Source: an uncultured Acidobacteriota bacterium (GTDB lineage Bacteria > Acidobacteriota > Thermoanaerobaculia > Multivoradales > UBA5704). Taken from it: 64,000 bases of DNA. This document shows, piece after piece, positions 11,519 through 23,717 of this stretch. Position 1 is the stretch's first letter; each line of letters opens with the position of its first letter. The stretch is from NCBI GenBank assembly GCA_963700145.1, contig OY969474.1, positions 4,096,001 to 4,160,000 on the forward strand, given 5' to 3'. Position numbers and translations under genes: made by a program. Under the pieces are notes generated by a model. It had not been told where the DNA came from. It did not search any database and worked only from the letters and a program-made list of their open reading frames with translations.

Positions 11519-14179
11519 CTACCCTCGCCCGCCCAGCCCCACGCTCGGCCCGTAGAGGAGGGCGTTGAGGAGGAGCGGCGTCGTGGCACGCCAGAAGAGG
11601 CGGAAGGACGGGTCCTGGGCGAAGAGGACGAGGCTGCCGGCGCCGAGACGCTCGGTGCCGACGAGGAGGGCGCCCGCCAGCCGCTCCTCGGCCTCGGGCC
11701 AGGCGAAACCGGCGATCACCGGGTCGTCCTCGACCGCCAGCACCACGTCCTGCCGCGGCTCGCCGGTCGGCAGGAGCACCGTCGTGCCCTCGACCAGCAC
11801 CGCCGGCGGTGACTGGATGCCGAGCGTCAGCGGGTGGCTGCCGCGGATCGTCGTCGCCACCGCCGCGCCCGGGGTGAAGAGCGGCCGGTCCTCCGGGCCC
11901 TTCTGGGGATGCTCGTCGTCCCCCTCCTCGGGGTCCTTCTCCGGCGCCTTCCACTTCTGCACCTTGGTCAGCTCGTGCTCCTGGAGCCACCCGACCGCGC
12001 CGCCGATCGCCACCAGCACGCCGCCCGAGCGCACCCAGGCGGCGAGCTGCTCGCGGGTCTTCTCGCCGATCGCGCCGTCGTAGTCGAAGCCGTCGGGCAG
12101 GACCAGGACGTCGAAGCTCCAGAGGTCGAGGTCGCCCAGCCGCTCGACCTCGACCCGTCGGTGCGGCACGCCGACCTCGCGGTCCAGCAGGTGCCAGAGG
12201 AAGCCGAAGGAGGTCGGGTCCACGCCGCGGCCGGCCACCAGGCCGATGCGCGAGCGGCGGACGGCCGCCATGTCGTCGGAGCCGAGCGACAGCCCCTTGA
12301 GCTCGTAGGAGGAGCCGATGCGGTGCGCGGTCAAGCCGCTCTCCTCGATCAAGCCGGCGAGCGTCGCCTCGGCGTCGCCGGCGGCGCGCGCGCGCGGCAC
12401 GAAGAGGGTGCCGGCGGGGAAGCCGGTCCCGCCGGAGGTGAAGGACTGGAGCGCGATGCGGTGCGCGACGCCCTTCTCCTGGAGCCGCGCCGCCAGCCTG
12501 TAGGAGCCCACACCCTGCGGCGGCACCAGCCACCCCAGCTCGCCGCTGCCGCGGACGGCGCCCCGCGCCGGCGCCGCGGCGGCCGGCCGCAACCCGCGCG
12601 GCCTTCCGGCCGCCACCCAGGTCTTGACGTTGAAGGCGAGCGGCAGCGACCAGGCGGTGATGTCGTAGAACTCGGGCGAGAGGTCCTGCTCGATGCGGTT
12701 GCGCTGCCGCTCGAGGAAGACCGGCGACATCGACGCTTCCAGCTCCATGAGCGCCGCCACCAGGTCGCCGAGCGGCTGCGCGGTCGAGACCGCGTAGGTG
12801 CCGGCCGCGAACTGCCGCGGCGCCGGCTCGGCGGCGGCCGGCCCGATGAGCGGGCGCGCCGCGAGCGTGTCGTCTTGGGCGAGCTGCTCGACGCGTACGC
12901 CGTGGAGGGCCAGGAGGTCGGCGAGTGCCCCGGCCTCCTGCTGGTCGGCGGGCCAGAGGAACGTGCGCCCGTCGTCGTCGCGCGGCGCGGCGCGGCCGGC
13001 GGCGTAGTCCTCGAGCAGGCGCCGGCGGTTCTGCGCCGCCGTGCGCACGGTGGCGAGCGAGGTCGTGAGATGCCGCGCCACGCGGTCGGCGAGGGTCAGG
13101 GTGCTGCCGTCCGGCAGCGTCAGCGCCGCTCCGGCGCGGCCGCCGCCGGCCATCTCGTAGGTCATCCCCACGGCGCCGCGCAGGCTCGGGTAGGAGTCGC
13201 CGTAGCCGGGGTAGAAGAGGTCGAAGTTCTCGCCGGTGTAGTAGATCCAGCCCTGCCGCTCGAAGGCCTGGGCGTTGGCGCGGCCGAAGGTGTCGAGCCA
13301 GGAGACGAGCTGGCGGTCGATGCGCGGGTGGATCGGCTCGGCGGCCGGCGGGAAGAAGTAGGTGGACTCGGACCCCATCTCGTGGAAATCGACGTAGACC
13401 TGCGGCTCCCATTGCCGGTAGGCGGCGATGCGGTGGCGGGTCTCCTGCTGGCTCGCCCACGCCCAGTCGCGGTTGAGGTCGAGGAGGTAGTGGTTCGTCC
13501 GCCCGCCGGGCCAGGGCTCGAAGTGCTCGGCGGCGGCCGGATCGGGGTTCGGGCGGCTGCCGGTGCGCTGCTCGAAGGAGTGGACGTAGCGCTCGCGGCC
13601 GTCGGGGTTGCAGAGCGGGTCGATCAGGACGATCGCCTCGTCGAGCAGCGCCGCGACGTCGCCGCCGGCCGAGGCCAGGACCCAGGCGGTCGCCATCGCC
13701 GCTTCGGCCGAGGAGGACTCGTTGCCGTGGACGCCGTAGGCCAGCCAGACGACGACCGGCAGCTCGCGCACCAGCCGCTCGCGCTCGTCGGCCGGGAGCG
13801 CCTCGGGGTCGGCGAGACGGAGGCGCTCCTTGCGGATCGCTTCGAGACGGGCGATGTTCTCGGGCGCCGAGATCGCCAGGAGCTGCAGCGGCCGGCCCTC
13901 GTAGGTCCGCCCGTACTCCCACATCGCGACGCGGTCGGAGGCGCCGTCGATCGCCCCGAGCGCCTCGACGATCCGGTCCCAGTGGGTGAAGCGCGCGCCG
14001 AGCGGGTAGCCGAGGACCGCGGCCGGCGAGGGCACGGCGACGGCCGCCGGCGGCAGCGGCAGCTCCTGGCCTCCCGACAGCGGCGCGAGGAGCGGCGGCG
14101 GAGCGGCGGCCTGGCCTTCGGCGACCATCGGCGCGCCGAGGAGAGCGAGGAGGATGAGAGCGCAAAGGATCCGATTCAT
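11519..14179 (-). CDS. Secreted M14 zinc carboxypeptidase with C-terminal GATase-like domain
   Basis: Signal peptide; VHGNE, NPDG, DLNRDW, DFHEM motifs. Confidence 0.92.
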   Translation of the reverse strand: MNRILCALILLALLGAPMVAEGQAAAPPPLLAPLSGGQELPLPPAAVAVPSPAAVLGYPLGARFTHWDRIVEALGAIDGASDRVAMWEYGRTYEGRPLQLLAISAPENIARLEAIRKERLRLADPEALPADERERLVRELPVVVWLAYGVHGNESSSAEAAMATAWVLASAGGDVAALLDEAIVLIDPLCNPDGRERYVHSFEQRTGSRPNPDPAAAEHFEPWPGGRTNHYLLDLNRDWAWASQQETRHRIAAYRQWEPQVYVDFHEMGSESTYFFPPAAEPIHPRIDRQLVSWLDTFGRANAQAFERQGWIYYTGENFDLFYPGYGDSYPSLRGAVGMTYEMAGGGRAGAALTLPDGSTLTLADRVARHLTTSLATVRTAAQNRRRLLEDYAAGRAAPRDDDGRTFLWPADQQEAGALADLLALHGVRVEQLAQDDTLAARPLIGPAAAEPAPRQFAAGTYAVSTAQPLGDLVAALMELEASMSPVFLERQRNRIEQDLSPEFYDITAWSLPLAFNVKTWVAAGRPRGLRPAAAAPARGAVRGSGELGWLVPPQGVGSYRLAARLQEKGVAHRIALQSFTSGGTGFPAGTLFVPRARAAGDAEATLAGLIEESGLTAHRIGSSYELKGLSLGSDDMAAVRRSRIGLVAGRGVDPTSFGFLWHLLDREVGVPHRRVEVERLGDLDLWSFDVLVLPDGFDYDGAIGEKTREQLAAWVRSGGVLVAIGGAVGWLQEHELTKVQKWKAPEKDPEEGDDEHPQKGPEDRPLFTPGAAVATTIRGSHPLTLGIQSPPAVLVEGTTVLLPTGEPRQDVVLAVEDDPVIAGFAWPEAEERLAGALLVGTERLGAGSLVLFAQDPSFRLFWRATTPLLLNALLYGPSVGLGGRG

Positions 14180-14195
14180 GGGTATCCGATAAAGC

Positions 14196-14283
14196 TGTCA
14201 TCCCGAGCGTGAGCGAGGGATCTGGGGGAAGGGTGGCGCGAAACCTTCCCCCGCCCAGATCCTTCGCTGCGCTCAGGATGACA
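14196..14283. repeat. REP-like palindromic element (TGTC/CGTC-tagged type)
   Basis: TGTCATCCCGAGCG..AGCGAGGGATCTGGG ... CCCAGATCCTTCGCT..CGCTCAGGATGACA long imperfect inverted repeat. Confidence 0.8.
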
Positions 14284-14302
14284 AGGGCAAAGTTGACGCC
14301 GT

Positions 14303-15684
<1,382 letters not shown>

Positions 15685-15688
<4 letters not shown>

Positions 15689-18477
15689 TCCGGGGCGGCG
15701 GCGGGCGGCGGCGGGACGGCGCCGGGCGCGGTGGCGCGGCGCGGCAGCTCGACGGTGAAGCAGGCCCCTTCGCCGGGGCGGCTGGCGACCGAGAGGGCGC
15801 CGCCGTGGCGGCGCACGATCTCGGCGCTGATCGAGAGCCCCAGGCCGGTGCCGCCGCGCGCCAGCTTGGTCGAGTAGAAGGGCTGGAAGATGCGCTCCAG
15901 CTTCTCGGGCGCCACCCCCGGCCCGGTGTCGCGGACGTGGACGCGCGCCCGCTCGGCGTCGGCCTCGAGCTCGACGGTGAGCGTGCCGCCGGTCTCGGCC
16001 ATCGCGTCCTGCGCGTTCATGAACAGGTTGGTGAAGACCTGCTGCAGCTCCCCCTCGCAGCCGACGATCACGACCTCCTCGGCCGGCGGCCGCCAGGCGA
16101 CCTCGATCCGCCGCTTGGCAAAGCGGTCGGTGAGCAGCTCCAGGCACTCGGTCAAGACCGGCCGCAGCGCCAGCGGGCCGGCCTCGTTGCGCCGGTTGCG
16201 CGCGAACTCGAGCAGGTTGTTGACGATGCGCGCGGCGCGGAAGGTCTGGCGCTCGACCTTCTTGAGCAGGTCGTAGCGCGGGTCGGACTCGGCGGTCTCG
16301 GAGAGCAGGATCTGGGCGTAGCTCGAGATGCCGGTGATCGGCGTGTTGACCTCGTGGGCGACGCCGGCGGCGAGCATGCCGAGGGCGGCCAGCCGGTCGT
16401 TTTCCTTGAGCTGGTTCTCCATGGCGATCCGCTCGGAGACGTCGAGCGCGACGAGCACGCGGTAGCGCGCGCCCAGGCCGTGCTCGAAGGCCGAGACCGA
16501 GAGCTGCAGGTAGCGCTCGCGGCCGGCGGCGTCGCAGAAGCCGACCTCGACCGGGCCGGTGCCGAGGTCCGGCAGCGGCTCGACGGGCAGCAGCTCCCCG
16601 AGCCGCCGCCCCGCCACCCCCGCGCGCGCCACGCCGGCGAGTGAGGCGAAGGCGGCGTTGGCCGAGACGACGTGCCCCTCGGCGTCCACCACGGCGATGC
16701 CGGCCGGCGAGGACTCGAAGATCTGCTCGGCGTAGCGCTGGAGACGGGTGACCTCCTCGAGCTGGCTGTTGAGCTGCCCCAGGAGCTGCGCGTTCTCGAT
16801 CGCCAGCGCCGCCTGGTTCAGCAGGTGGCGGATGAGCTCCAGGTCCTCGCTGTTGAGCGGCTGCTGCTCCTCCTTCCAGCCGGCGAGCACCAGCCCGACG
16901 CGGGTACCGCGCACGCTGAGCGGGAAGACGTAGCGGTAGCCGGCGAGATAGAGCGCCTGGTTCGCCGAGTCCGGCTCGGTCGGGAGCGTCAGGCCGGAGA
17001 TGGGGCGGTGGCCGGCGTACCAGACCTCGTCGCCCAGCGCGTCGAGCGCCAGCGGCTGCGGCAGGAGCGGGTCGGGCCGCACCGGGCGGAGGAGCCCGCC
17101 CTGCGCCAGCAGGAGGTTGGCGCCTTCGAGCGCCACGCCCTCCTCGATCTGACGCAGCAGCGCGGCGCACAGCCGTCCCAGGTCGCGCTCGTGGAGCAGC
17201 TCGTTGCCCAGCTCCGAGAGCGCCCGCCGCTTGCCGAAGGTGCCGCGGTACTGCAGGCGCTCGAAGGCCGACGAGAGGGTCTTGCGCGTCGGCACCAGGA
17301 GCGCCGCGATCCCCAGGCCGGCGGTGAAGGAGAGGAGGTTGCGTGCCAGCGCCAGCTCCGCCGACACCCCGCGGTTGATCAGCAAGTTGACGAGCGAGAA
17401 GCCGAGGAGGCCGAGCAGCAGCGTCAGCGTCGAGGCCACCGCGCTGCGCACGACGAGCTCGATGTCCCACAGCTTGTAGCGCAGGATGGCGTAGGCGAAG
17501 GTGAGCGGCACGACGGCGAGCGGCACGACCGCCGCGGCGGTCAGCAGCTCCGGCGCGCGCAGGCCGGCGATCCACGGCAGCCCGTAGAGCGCCAGGAACG
17601 GCAGGTAGCCGCCGGCGAGCCCCACCGCCATCCAGTGCGCCTGCCGCTGCTCGTGCCAGCTCCGGTCGGCGCGCAGGCGGGCGACGAGCACGGCGACGGC
17701 GGCGAGGGCGTAGACCGCGAGCTGGGCGAGCACCAGGCGGTCGAGCGCGAGGATCGAGGCCGCGGTCGGCCGCCCGAAGAGGAACCGGCCGCCGCTCAGG
17801 CTGTAGTCGAGCTGGAGCGCCAGGAGAGCGGCGGCCGGGAGGTAGAGGAAGGGGAGCACGCGGCGGCTCCACCGCGCCGGCGCCAGCCGCGCCGGCAGCT
17901 CGAGGAAGAGGTGGAGGGTCACCGGCGCCAGCAGGATCAGCGCGCAGGCGTCCACCGTGTAGAGCAGCCGGTAGACGGCGTCGACCGGCGGCGTCGCGGT
18001 GACGAGATAGGCGGTCGCCGAGAGCAGCGTCCAGAGGTAGAAGAGGAAGCCCTGTCCCTGGCCGCGCTGCCGCACCAGCGTGTAGAGGCCGATCAGCAGG
18101 TAGATGGCGCCGATCAGCGCCATCACCAGGTACGGGATGTCGAGGTCGAGCGGCAGACGCTCGTACGGGACTTCGAGGAGCCGCTCGCCGCGCTGGACGA
18201 GGAGAGTGGTCTCCGGGCTCTCGCGCAGACGCTGGCGGAGGGCGGTCTCCGAGGCGACGTCGCCGCCGCCGGCGAGGAGGATCACGTCCCCCGGCTCGAG
18301 CCCCTGGGCGTCCGGCCCGACGGCCGCCACCCGCAGCCCGGCCCCCGCCGGCACGCCGGCGAAGCCGACCGGCTGGAAGCTCTCGACCTTGCGGTCGAAG
18401 CTCCCTGCCGCCAGCAGGACGGCGGCCAGCGCCAGCGCGAGCGCCAGCGCGAAGCGGAAGGTGCGGACTCGGGTCAT
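15685..18477 (-). CDS. Membrane sensor histidine kinase (PDZ-like, multi-TM, GAF, PAS, HisKA/HATPase)
   Basis: AHEVNTP H-box, NLFMNA, DTGPG, FYSTK, GTGLGL; ATGA overlap with the regulator. Confidence 0.95.
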
Positions 18478-18510
18478 TTAGAACCTGGGCACTACGCCGC
18501 CCGGGCTAGA

Positions 18511-18525
18511 GCACAGTCCGTGCCA
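18511..18525 (-). promoter_or_regulatory. Putative sigma54 -24/-12 promoter of the kinase-regulator operon
   Basis: Minus strand TGGCACG-GACT-GTGC, one mismatch to TGGCACG-N4-TTGC; IHF-like ATTCAAGGGGTTG at 18618-18630. Confidence 0.55.
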
Positions 18526-18642
18526 CGCCACGGAAATTTGAATCGGGCGAAAACCCAGGGAAAATGGCCATTTCGGCGGCTGAAATCCAATGAGCCGGAT
18601 CTTATCCGAGAAGGCGGATTCAAGGGGTTGAGGGGCCGAGCC

Positions 18643-18913
18643 CCGAACCGCTGGCTCCGCCGCCCGATCCAGCGGCTTCGGCGGCTGATGGGCTGGGTCC
18701 GGCCGCTGAACCAGCGGCTTCCGCCGCCGAGCCATTCGATCCGGAAACCGAACCACTCCATCAGCGGCTGAGCCGCTGGGTTCGGTCACCGAACCACTGG
18801 GTTCGGCCGCTGAGCCATTCGCTTCGGCCGCTGACCCGCTCCATCAACGGCTGAAGCGCTCGTTTCGGCCGCTGAACCACTGGGTTCGGCGGCTGCACCA
18901 CTCCTGCCGGCCT
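18643..18913. repeat. 13-unit imperfect tandem array, 20-21 bp period, palindromic units
   Basis: Units such as CCGAACCACTGGGTTCGGCCG, CTGAGCCGCTGGGTTCGGTCA, CTGAACCACTGGGTTCGGCGG. Confidence 0.85.
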
Positions 18914-18917
18914 CGCT

Positions 18918-21900
18918 TCAGTCGAGGAGCCGCACGCTCACCGTCTTCGTCAGCGGGTTAGCGGTGAAGCGCACGAGCTGGGTCAGGGCCGGCGAGCTGG
19001 TGGCGCCGCCGCTCGGGCCGGCGCCGGCCTGCGCGGGGTCGGTGACCATCTGGCGGCTGACGATCTTGAAGGGCGTCGGGCCGTTGGCGAAGCCCACCAC
19101 CCGGTAGGTGTAGGTCTTGCCGCCGGTCAACGCCCACTGCACCTCTTCGCCGGGGCCGAAGTTGCCGGAGCTGGCGATCACCCGGCCCTGGTCGTCGAGC
19201 AGCTGGAAGTCGAGGTCCGGGTAGAAGGCCACCGTCGGGTCGGCCGAGAGCGTGCCGACGACCCCGATGGCGCTCGAGCGGGCGGTGAACGGCACGTCCA
19301 CGTGATCCACCCCGCCGGCGAGCAGGTTGCCGCCGGTGCCGATCGGCACGACGCCGGTGAACTCCTCGGTGAAGTCGAAGGGCGCCGGCCGCGGCTGCGG
19401 GGTGATGGAGCCGTCCGCCGGCTGGCTGCCGTTGGCCGGCTGCGGCGCCACCTCGAGGCGCCCGGTGACCAGGGCGTCGAAGGTGAAGAGCTTGCCCTGC
19501 GGGTTGTTGAAGCGCAGGTTGCGCGCCGCCGAGGTCTGGCCGGTGGCGAGCGCCGGCGTGTAGCCGTAGTGCGCCTCGTGGCCGTTCTGCCCGCTGCCGC
19601 CGTTGTCGGCGTTGGCGGCGGTGATCGACGGGTGGCTGATCGACACGATCTTGAAGGTGATCGGCGTGTAGATGGTGCCGTCGGCCTGCCCGGCCCCGCC
19701 CTTGTTCTTGAGCGTCTGGTCGAAGGAGAAGACGCCGCCGCTGAACTGGACGTTGGCGATCCGCGTCTCGACGGCGGCGCTGACGTCGTCGAGCGCCAGG
19801 GCCACCGCGGCGGTGCCGCTCAGGTCGGAGACCCCCACCTGGCCGTCGGCGTTGACGCGCAGGGCGCGGACGACGTAGTCGAAATCCAGGGTCGGGAGAC
19901 CCAGGGCGACGCGGCTGCCGATCATCTGGCCGCGGTCGAGGTAGGAGGTCGTGCCGCCGCCGTGGACGTACTCGACGTGGGTGTAGCCGGCGAGCTGCTC
20001 GGGCCGGTCGCCGTCGAAGTACTCGCGGTCCGGCACGCCGGTGAAGAGGCGCTTGTCGGTCGAGCCGGCGCGGCGCTTGAGCACCTGGTAGGCGAAGGCG
20101 CCGTCGACCGGCTGCCAGCGCACCTCGACGCCGGTCGGCGAGGTGGGCTCGGCGACGACGCCCTGCGGCGCCGGCGGCTTCTCCAACCCGGCGGTGAAGG
20201 CGCTCACCGAGGTGGAGATGAGCTGCCGCGCTCCGAGCGGCGGCTCGGCGTTGATCCCCAGCTCGCGGGCGGCGAAGACCTGCTCGATGAGCGCGCGGTG
20301 CCGGCCCGGGGTCTCGGGGTCCGTCGGGTCGGCGGGGTAGAGCACCGAGTCGGCGATGATCAGCGCGTCGCGCGCCCGCACGAAGGTGTCGGGCGCCATC
20401 GTCCCGAGCACGTACATCGAGCCCAGGAAGATGCGCTCCCAGGTCTCCTTGCCGCGCGAGATCGGGTCGGTGGCCTCGCCGCTGATGGCGTTGGGCCGCT
20501 TGTAGGGTCCGCCGGTCTGGAACTGGGTCATGAGCTGGCGGATGTCCCAGAGCGCGCCGGCGTAGATCTCGCCGTCGCGGTGGACCTCGAAGATCGCCAG
20601 CCCGTCGACGACCAGCGTGCCGAGCTGCGAGTAGCGGAGCTGGCTGTCGGCGCTGCGGAACCACTTGACGAGGTCGGGATCGACGCCGGCGGCGCGGAAC
20701 TCCTCGCGCAGGCGCGGGGCGTTGACGATGTAGGAGCCGAGGGCGGGGTTCTCGCCGATCGAGTAGGCCCAGAGGTCCGCTTGGCCCTCGTTCAACGCGC
20801 CCGCCTCGGGCGCGCCCTCGAAGCCGGCGATCGGGGTGATCGTCGAGTGCGTCCCCTCGTGCAGCGGCACCGCGAAGTCGATCGCCAGGTCGTTGAGCGC
20901 GAAGCCGTGGCCGTAGAAGGTCGGGTTGACGACCACCTTCTGCCCCTCGACCTCCTCGGAGGCCGGGACGGCGAAGGCGTTGTCGCAGCCGAGGAGCGTC
21001 TCCATGAACAACGGGTCGGAGACCGGCGCCAGGTCGCCGCAGATGTCCTCGAGGACGTTGGGGATGTGGACGGTGCCGGTGAGCGGCGTGTCCTCGTTCG
21101 GGAAGCGGTCGGGGAAGCTCCCCTCGCCGACGCCGCGGCTGTGCACGGCGTCGCCGGCCTTGTGCAGGTAGTCGAGGTACTCGACCAGGCTCGTGATGTA
21201 GAGGTACTGCGAGATGCCGTCCTGGTGCTCGGCCGGCTCGGCGGTCTGGTCGCGCTCGTTGGTGCGCGCCTCGAGCGGCGGCGCGTCCTGGGCGAAGTGC
21301 CAGGTGCCGAGCGCGGCCTGCGGGAACGGCAGGCGGGTGGGCAGGGCGTTGAAGATCGCGGCGTGGGTGCCGGTGATGACCCCCTGGGTGCCGGTGGCGG
21401 CGCTCGTCGGGTCGATCTTGCGCGCCTGGACGCGGATCTGCCCGGCCGGCCGCCCGACCTCCAGGCCGTCGTCGTCGAGGATCGCGCCCTCGTCCTGCAG
21501 GGCCTCGGTGATCGGCGGGCTGGTGGGGAAGTAGTCGGCGGTGAAGGGCAGCGGCGCCTCCTGGGTGACGACGAGGTTGGCGCGCCGCAGCACCTCGCCG
21601 CTGCCGGCGTCGACGGTGTAGCGGTAGAGGCCGAAGGGGTTGCGCGTGTAGTAGAGGAACGTCCAGGCCAGCCGGAAGCCGCCGGCCGTGGGGTAGACGG
21701 TGAGCCGCGGATGCGGCGTCGTCAGCGGCCCGAGCTGCGACTCGATCAGCGCGTAGGCGCCGTCGAGCACCGCCAGCGCCTGCGGCGGCTGCGGCCGGGC
21801 GAAGGCGGCGAGGTTGGCGGCGGCGCGCTCGACCGCCGCGGCGCTGCCGAGCGAGGGCGTGACGTCGATCGCGACGTCGCGGTAGTAGGGGCCGGAGACG

Positions 21901-22409
21901 GCGCGCACCCGCTTCTCGCCGTCGAGGACGACGCCGAAGCCGGCGTCGGCGACCGGCACGCCGCGGTGGACCTGGTCGAAGCGCAGGAGATACCCGCCGA
22001 GGGCCGGCCCGCTGCGGTCGGCGTCGAGCACCAGCGTCGCGCCGTCCACGGCACCGAAGAGGTCGGCGTGGGCGGCCAGGAAGTCGCGCGCCGCGGTCTC
22101 GGGGGCGGCGGCGGAGGGGGTGGACGCGAAGCCGTAGACGACGTCCGGCGAGCCGCCGAAGCGGTCCCAGCGCACGACGGCGCCGGGGTGCTCGGCGGTG
22201 AAGCGGTCGACCGCGGCGCGGAGGGTCGGCGTCAGCAGGCGCGCGGGCAGGGTCCCGGGCCGCTGGTTGAGGTCGAGCGGGGCGATGCGCGGCGGCGCGG
22301 CGAGCTGGTCGGGCGGCGCCACCGGCGCGGCGGCGGCGAGCGCGGCCGGGCCGGCGGCGAGAGCAAGCGTGAGGATGGCGGCGGCAGTGATGGCGAGCTT
22401 GGAGCGCAT
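18918..22409 (-). CDS. Secreted M4/M36-type zinc metalloprotease with FTP/PepSY propeptide, Fn3-like and PPC-like C-terminal domains
   Basis: Signal MRSKLAIT..., HEGTH, GALNEGQAD, EVHRDGEI motifs. Confidence 0.88.
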   Translation of the reverse strand: MRSKLAITAAAILTLALAAGPAALAAAAPVAPPDQLAAPPRIAPLDLNQRPGTLPARLLTPTLRAAVDRFTAEHPGAVVRWDRFGGSPDVVYGFASTPSAAAPETAARDFLAAHADLFGAVDGATLVLDADRSGPALGGYLLRFDQVHRGVPVADAGFGVVLDGEKRVRAVSGPYYRDVAIDVTPSLGSAAAVERAAANLAAFARPQPPQALAVLDGAYALIESQLGPLTTPHPRLTVYPTAGGFRLAWTFLYYTRNPFGLYRYTVDAGSGEVLRRANLVVTQEAPLPFTADYFPTSPPITEALQDEGAILDDDGLEVGRPAGQIRVQARKIDPTSAATGTQGVITGTHAAIFNALPTRLPFPQAALGTWHFAQDAPPLEARTNERDQTAEPAEHQDGISQYLYITSLVEYLDYLHKAGDAVHSRGVGEGSFPDRFPNEDTPLTGTVHIPNVLEDICGDLAPVSDPLFMETLLGCDNAFAVPASEEVEGQKVVVNPTFYGHGFALNDLAIDFAVPLHEGTHSTITPIAGFEGAPEAGALNEGQADLWAYSIGENPALGSYIVNAPRLREEFRAAGVDPDLVKWFRSADSQLRYSQLGTLVVDGLAIFEVHRDGEIYAGALWDIRQLMTQFQTGGPYKRPNAISGEATDPISRGKETWERIFLGSMYVLGTMAPDTFVRARDALIIADSVLYPADPTDPETPGRHRALIEQVFAARELGINAEPPLGARQLISTSVSAFTAGLEKPPAPQGVVAEPTSPTGVEVRWQPVDGAFAYQVLKRRAGSTDKRLFTGVPDREYFDGDRPEQLAGYTHVEYVHGGGTTSYLDRGQMIGSRVALGLPTLDFDYVVRALRVNADGQVGVSDLSGTAAVALALDDVSAAVETRIANVQFSGGVFSFDQTLKNKGGAGQADGTIYTPITFKIVSISHPSITAANADNGGSGQNGHEAHYGYTPALATGQTSAARNLRFNNPQGKLFTFDALVTGRLEVAPQPANGSQPADGSITPQPRPAPFDFTEEFTGVVPIGTGGNLLAGGVDHVDVPFTARSSAIGVVGTLSADPTVAFYPDLDFQLLDDQGRVIASSGNFGPGEEVQWALTGGKTYTYRVVGFANGPTPFKIVSRQMVTDPAQAGAGPSGGATSSPALTQLVRFTANPLTKTVSVRLLD

Positions 22410-22516
22410 GGACGTTCTCCTCCCGGTCCCAGGATCGCCGCCGGCAGGCACCGGTGGAATCGGGGACGTCCCTCAGCAGGCGGAGGCGAAATCCCTCAGA
22501 CGGGAAAGGAGACCCC

Positions 22517-23032
22517 ATGTACAACCAGCCCCTGAAGTGGTCCTACAACCTCCGCGGCTCCACCCCGCAGGTGGACGTCGCCGGCGGCACCATCCAGGAG
22601 GCCAACGCCAGCACCTTCCCGGCGCTGTCGGACAACGGCCTCGCGATCTACCTCCTGGAGCTCCAGCCGGGCGCAATCCGCATCCCGCACTGGCACCCTG
22701 ACGCAGCGGAGCTCGACTACTGCCTCGAAGGCTCGGCCGTCATCTCGATCGGCTCACCGACCGGCGACTTCGTCCGCGTCGAGCTGACGGCGGGGATGAT
22801 CTCGGTCATCCCGCAAGGCTGGTTCCACTACATCGCCAACCCCGGCGACGGCCCGATGCGCATGTTGGTCATCTTCAACAACAGCCAGCCCAACGACATC
22901 GGCATCTCGGAAGGCTTCCGCGGCGTCCCCGACGAGGTTCTGGCCCTTACCCTCGGAGTGGATGCTGCTCGCTTCGCCGGCATCGACCGCAACGTCGGCT
23001 ACATCGCGCCGCAAGGAGCGGAGCCGGCGTGA
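22517..23032 (+). CDS. Cupin domain protein (oxalate decarboxylase/germin-like single cupin)
   Basis: PGAIRIPHWHPDAAEL and IPQGWFHYI motifs; AAGGAG RBS before ATG 22517. Confidence 0.88.
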   Translation: MYNQPLKWSYNLRGSTPQVDVAGGTIQEANASTFPALSDNGLAIYLLELQPGAIRIPHWHPDAAELDYCLEGSAVISIGSPTGDFVRVELTAGMISVIPQGWFHYIANPGDGPMRMLVIFNNSQPNDIGISEGFRGVPDEVLALTLGVDAARFAGIDRNVGYIAPQGAEPA

Positions 23033-23055
23033 AGGCCGAGTAGGGATCGACTGAT

Positions 23056-23463
23056 CTAGCTGGTTGCCGAAGAGCGGCGAGCACGCCCTTTGCTTCGCGT
23101 TGCCTTCGGGCGGGCAGCCACGGGCGGCGTTTGCGACCGGGCGAGCTTCACGCTCACGAGCCGATTTAGTGAGACGTTTTGCTCCGCCGCTTCGAGAATA
23201 AGGAGCCGGTGCACTTCCGGCGGGATGCGGACCTTGAAAGTGCCGCTGTAGGCGCGGGTGGCCAAGGGCTCCGGGATGGGGTCCCCATGCTCGCGTAGGA
23301 GAGCGATGCCCTCCCGGGCGGCTTGCCGGATGCCGAGAAACGTCGTCTGAGGGTCCTTGTCGAGCCAGCTCAGTCCCGGCAGCTCCGCACACACGCCGAC
23401 GTACTCCTCGTCCTCGGGAGACCAGAAGACCCGGTACGTGTACTGCTCCCACGGCTCTTTCAC
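23056..23463 (-). CDS. hicB: HicB-family antitoxin
   Basis: YTYRVFWSPEDEEYVGVCAELPGLSW, YSGTFKVRIPPEVHR..EAAEQNVSLN; GTG start overlapping the hicA stop. Confidence 0.88.
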   Translation of the reverse strand: MKEPWEQYTYRVFWSPEDEEYVGVCAELPGLSWLDKDPQTTFLGIRQAAREGIALLREHGDPIPEPLATRAYSGTFKVRIPPEVHRLLILEAAEQNVSLNRLVSVKLARSQTPPVAARPKATRSKGRARRSSATS

Positions 23464-23717
23464 TTCGAGCTTCCTTTCTTCTCGATGGCGCTCACAACTT
23501 GGCGGCACTGGTATTCCTTGGCCATCCTGCCTCGCGGTTGAACGACGAGCAGCGGCTGCTCGATCAGTCCCGTGCGGAAGATCAGGTGGCTCCCTTTGCC
23601 GCGGCGCTCGTCCGGGAAGTAGTGCCTGCAAACCCTGACCAGTTCGGCGAAGGTGACGGCAGCAGGATCTGCCCTCAGCTTCTCGAGCAGCTCCTCCACC
23701 CGCCCCAATCGCGCCAC
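23460..23717 (-). CDS. hicA: HicA-like toxin
   Basis: P..V.F.EL..VC..YF...R.KGSH..F motif and MAKEYQ.RQV; upstream of hicB. Confidence 0.82.
   Translation of the reverse strand: MARLGRVEELLEKLRADPAAVTFAELVRVCRHYFPDERRGKGSHLIFRTGLIEQPLLVVQPRGRMAKEYQCRQVVSAIEKKGSSK

Noticed and set aside
18643-18913. Possible CRISPR array
   Set aside because: Contiguous degenerate units with no unique spacers, and no cas genes in the window
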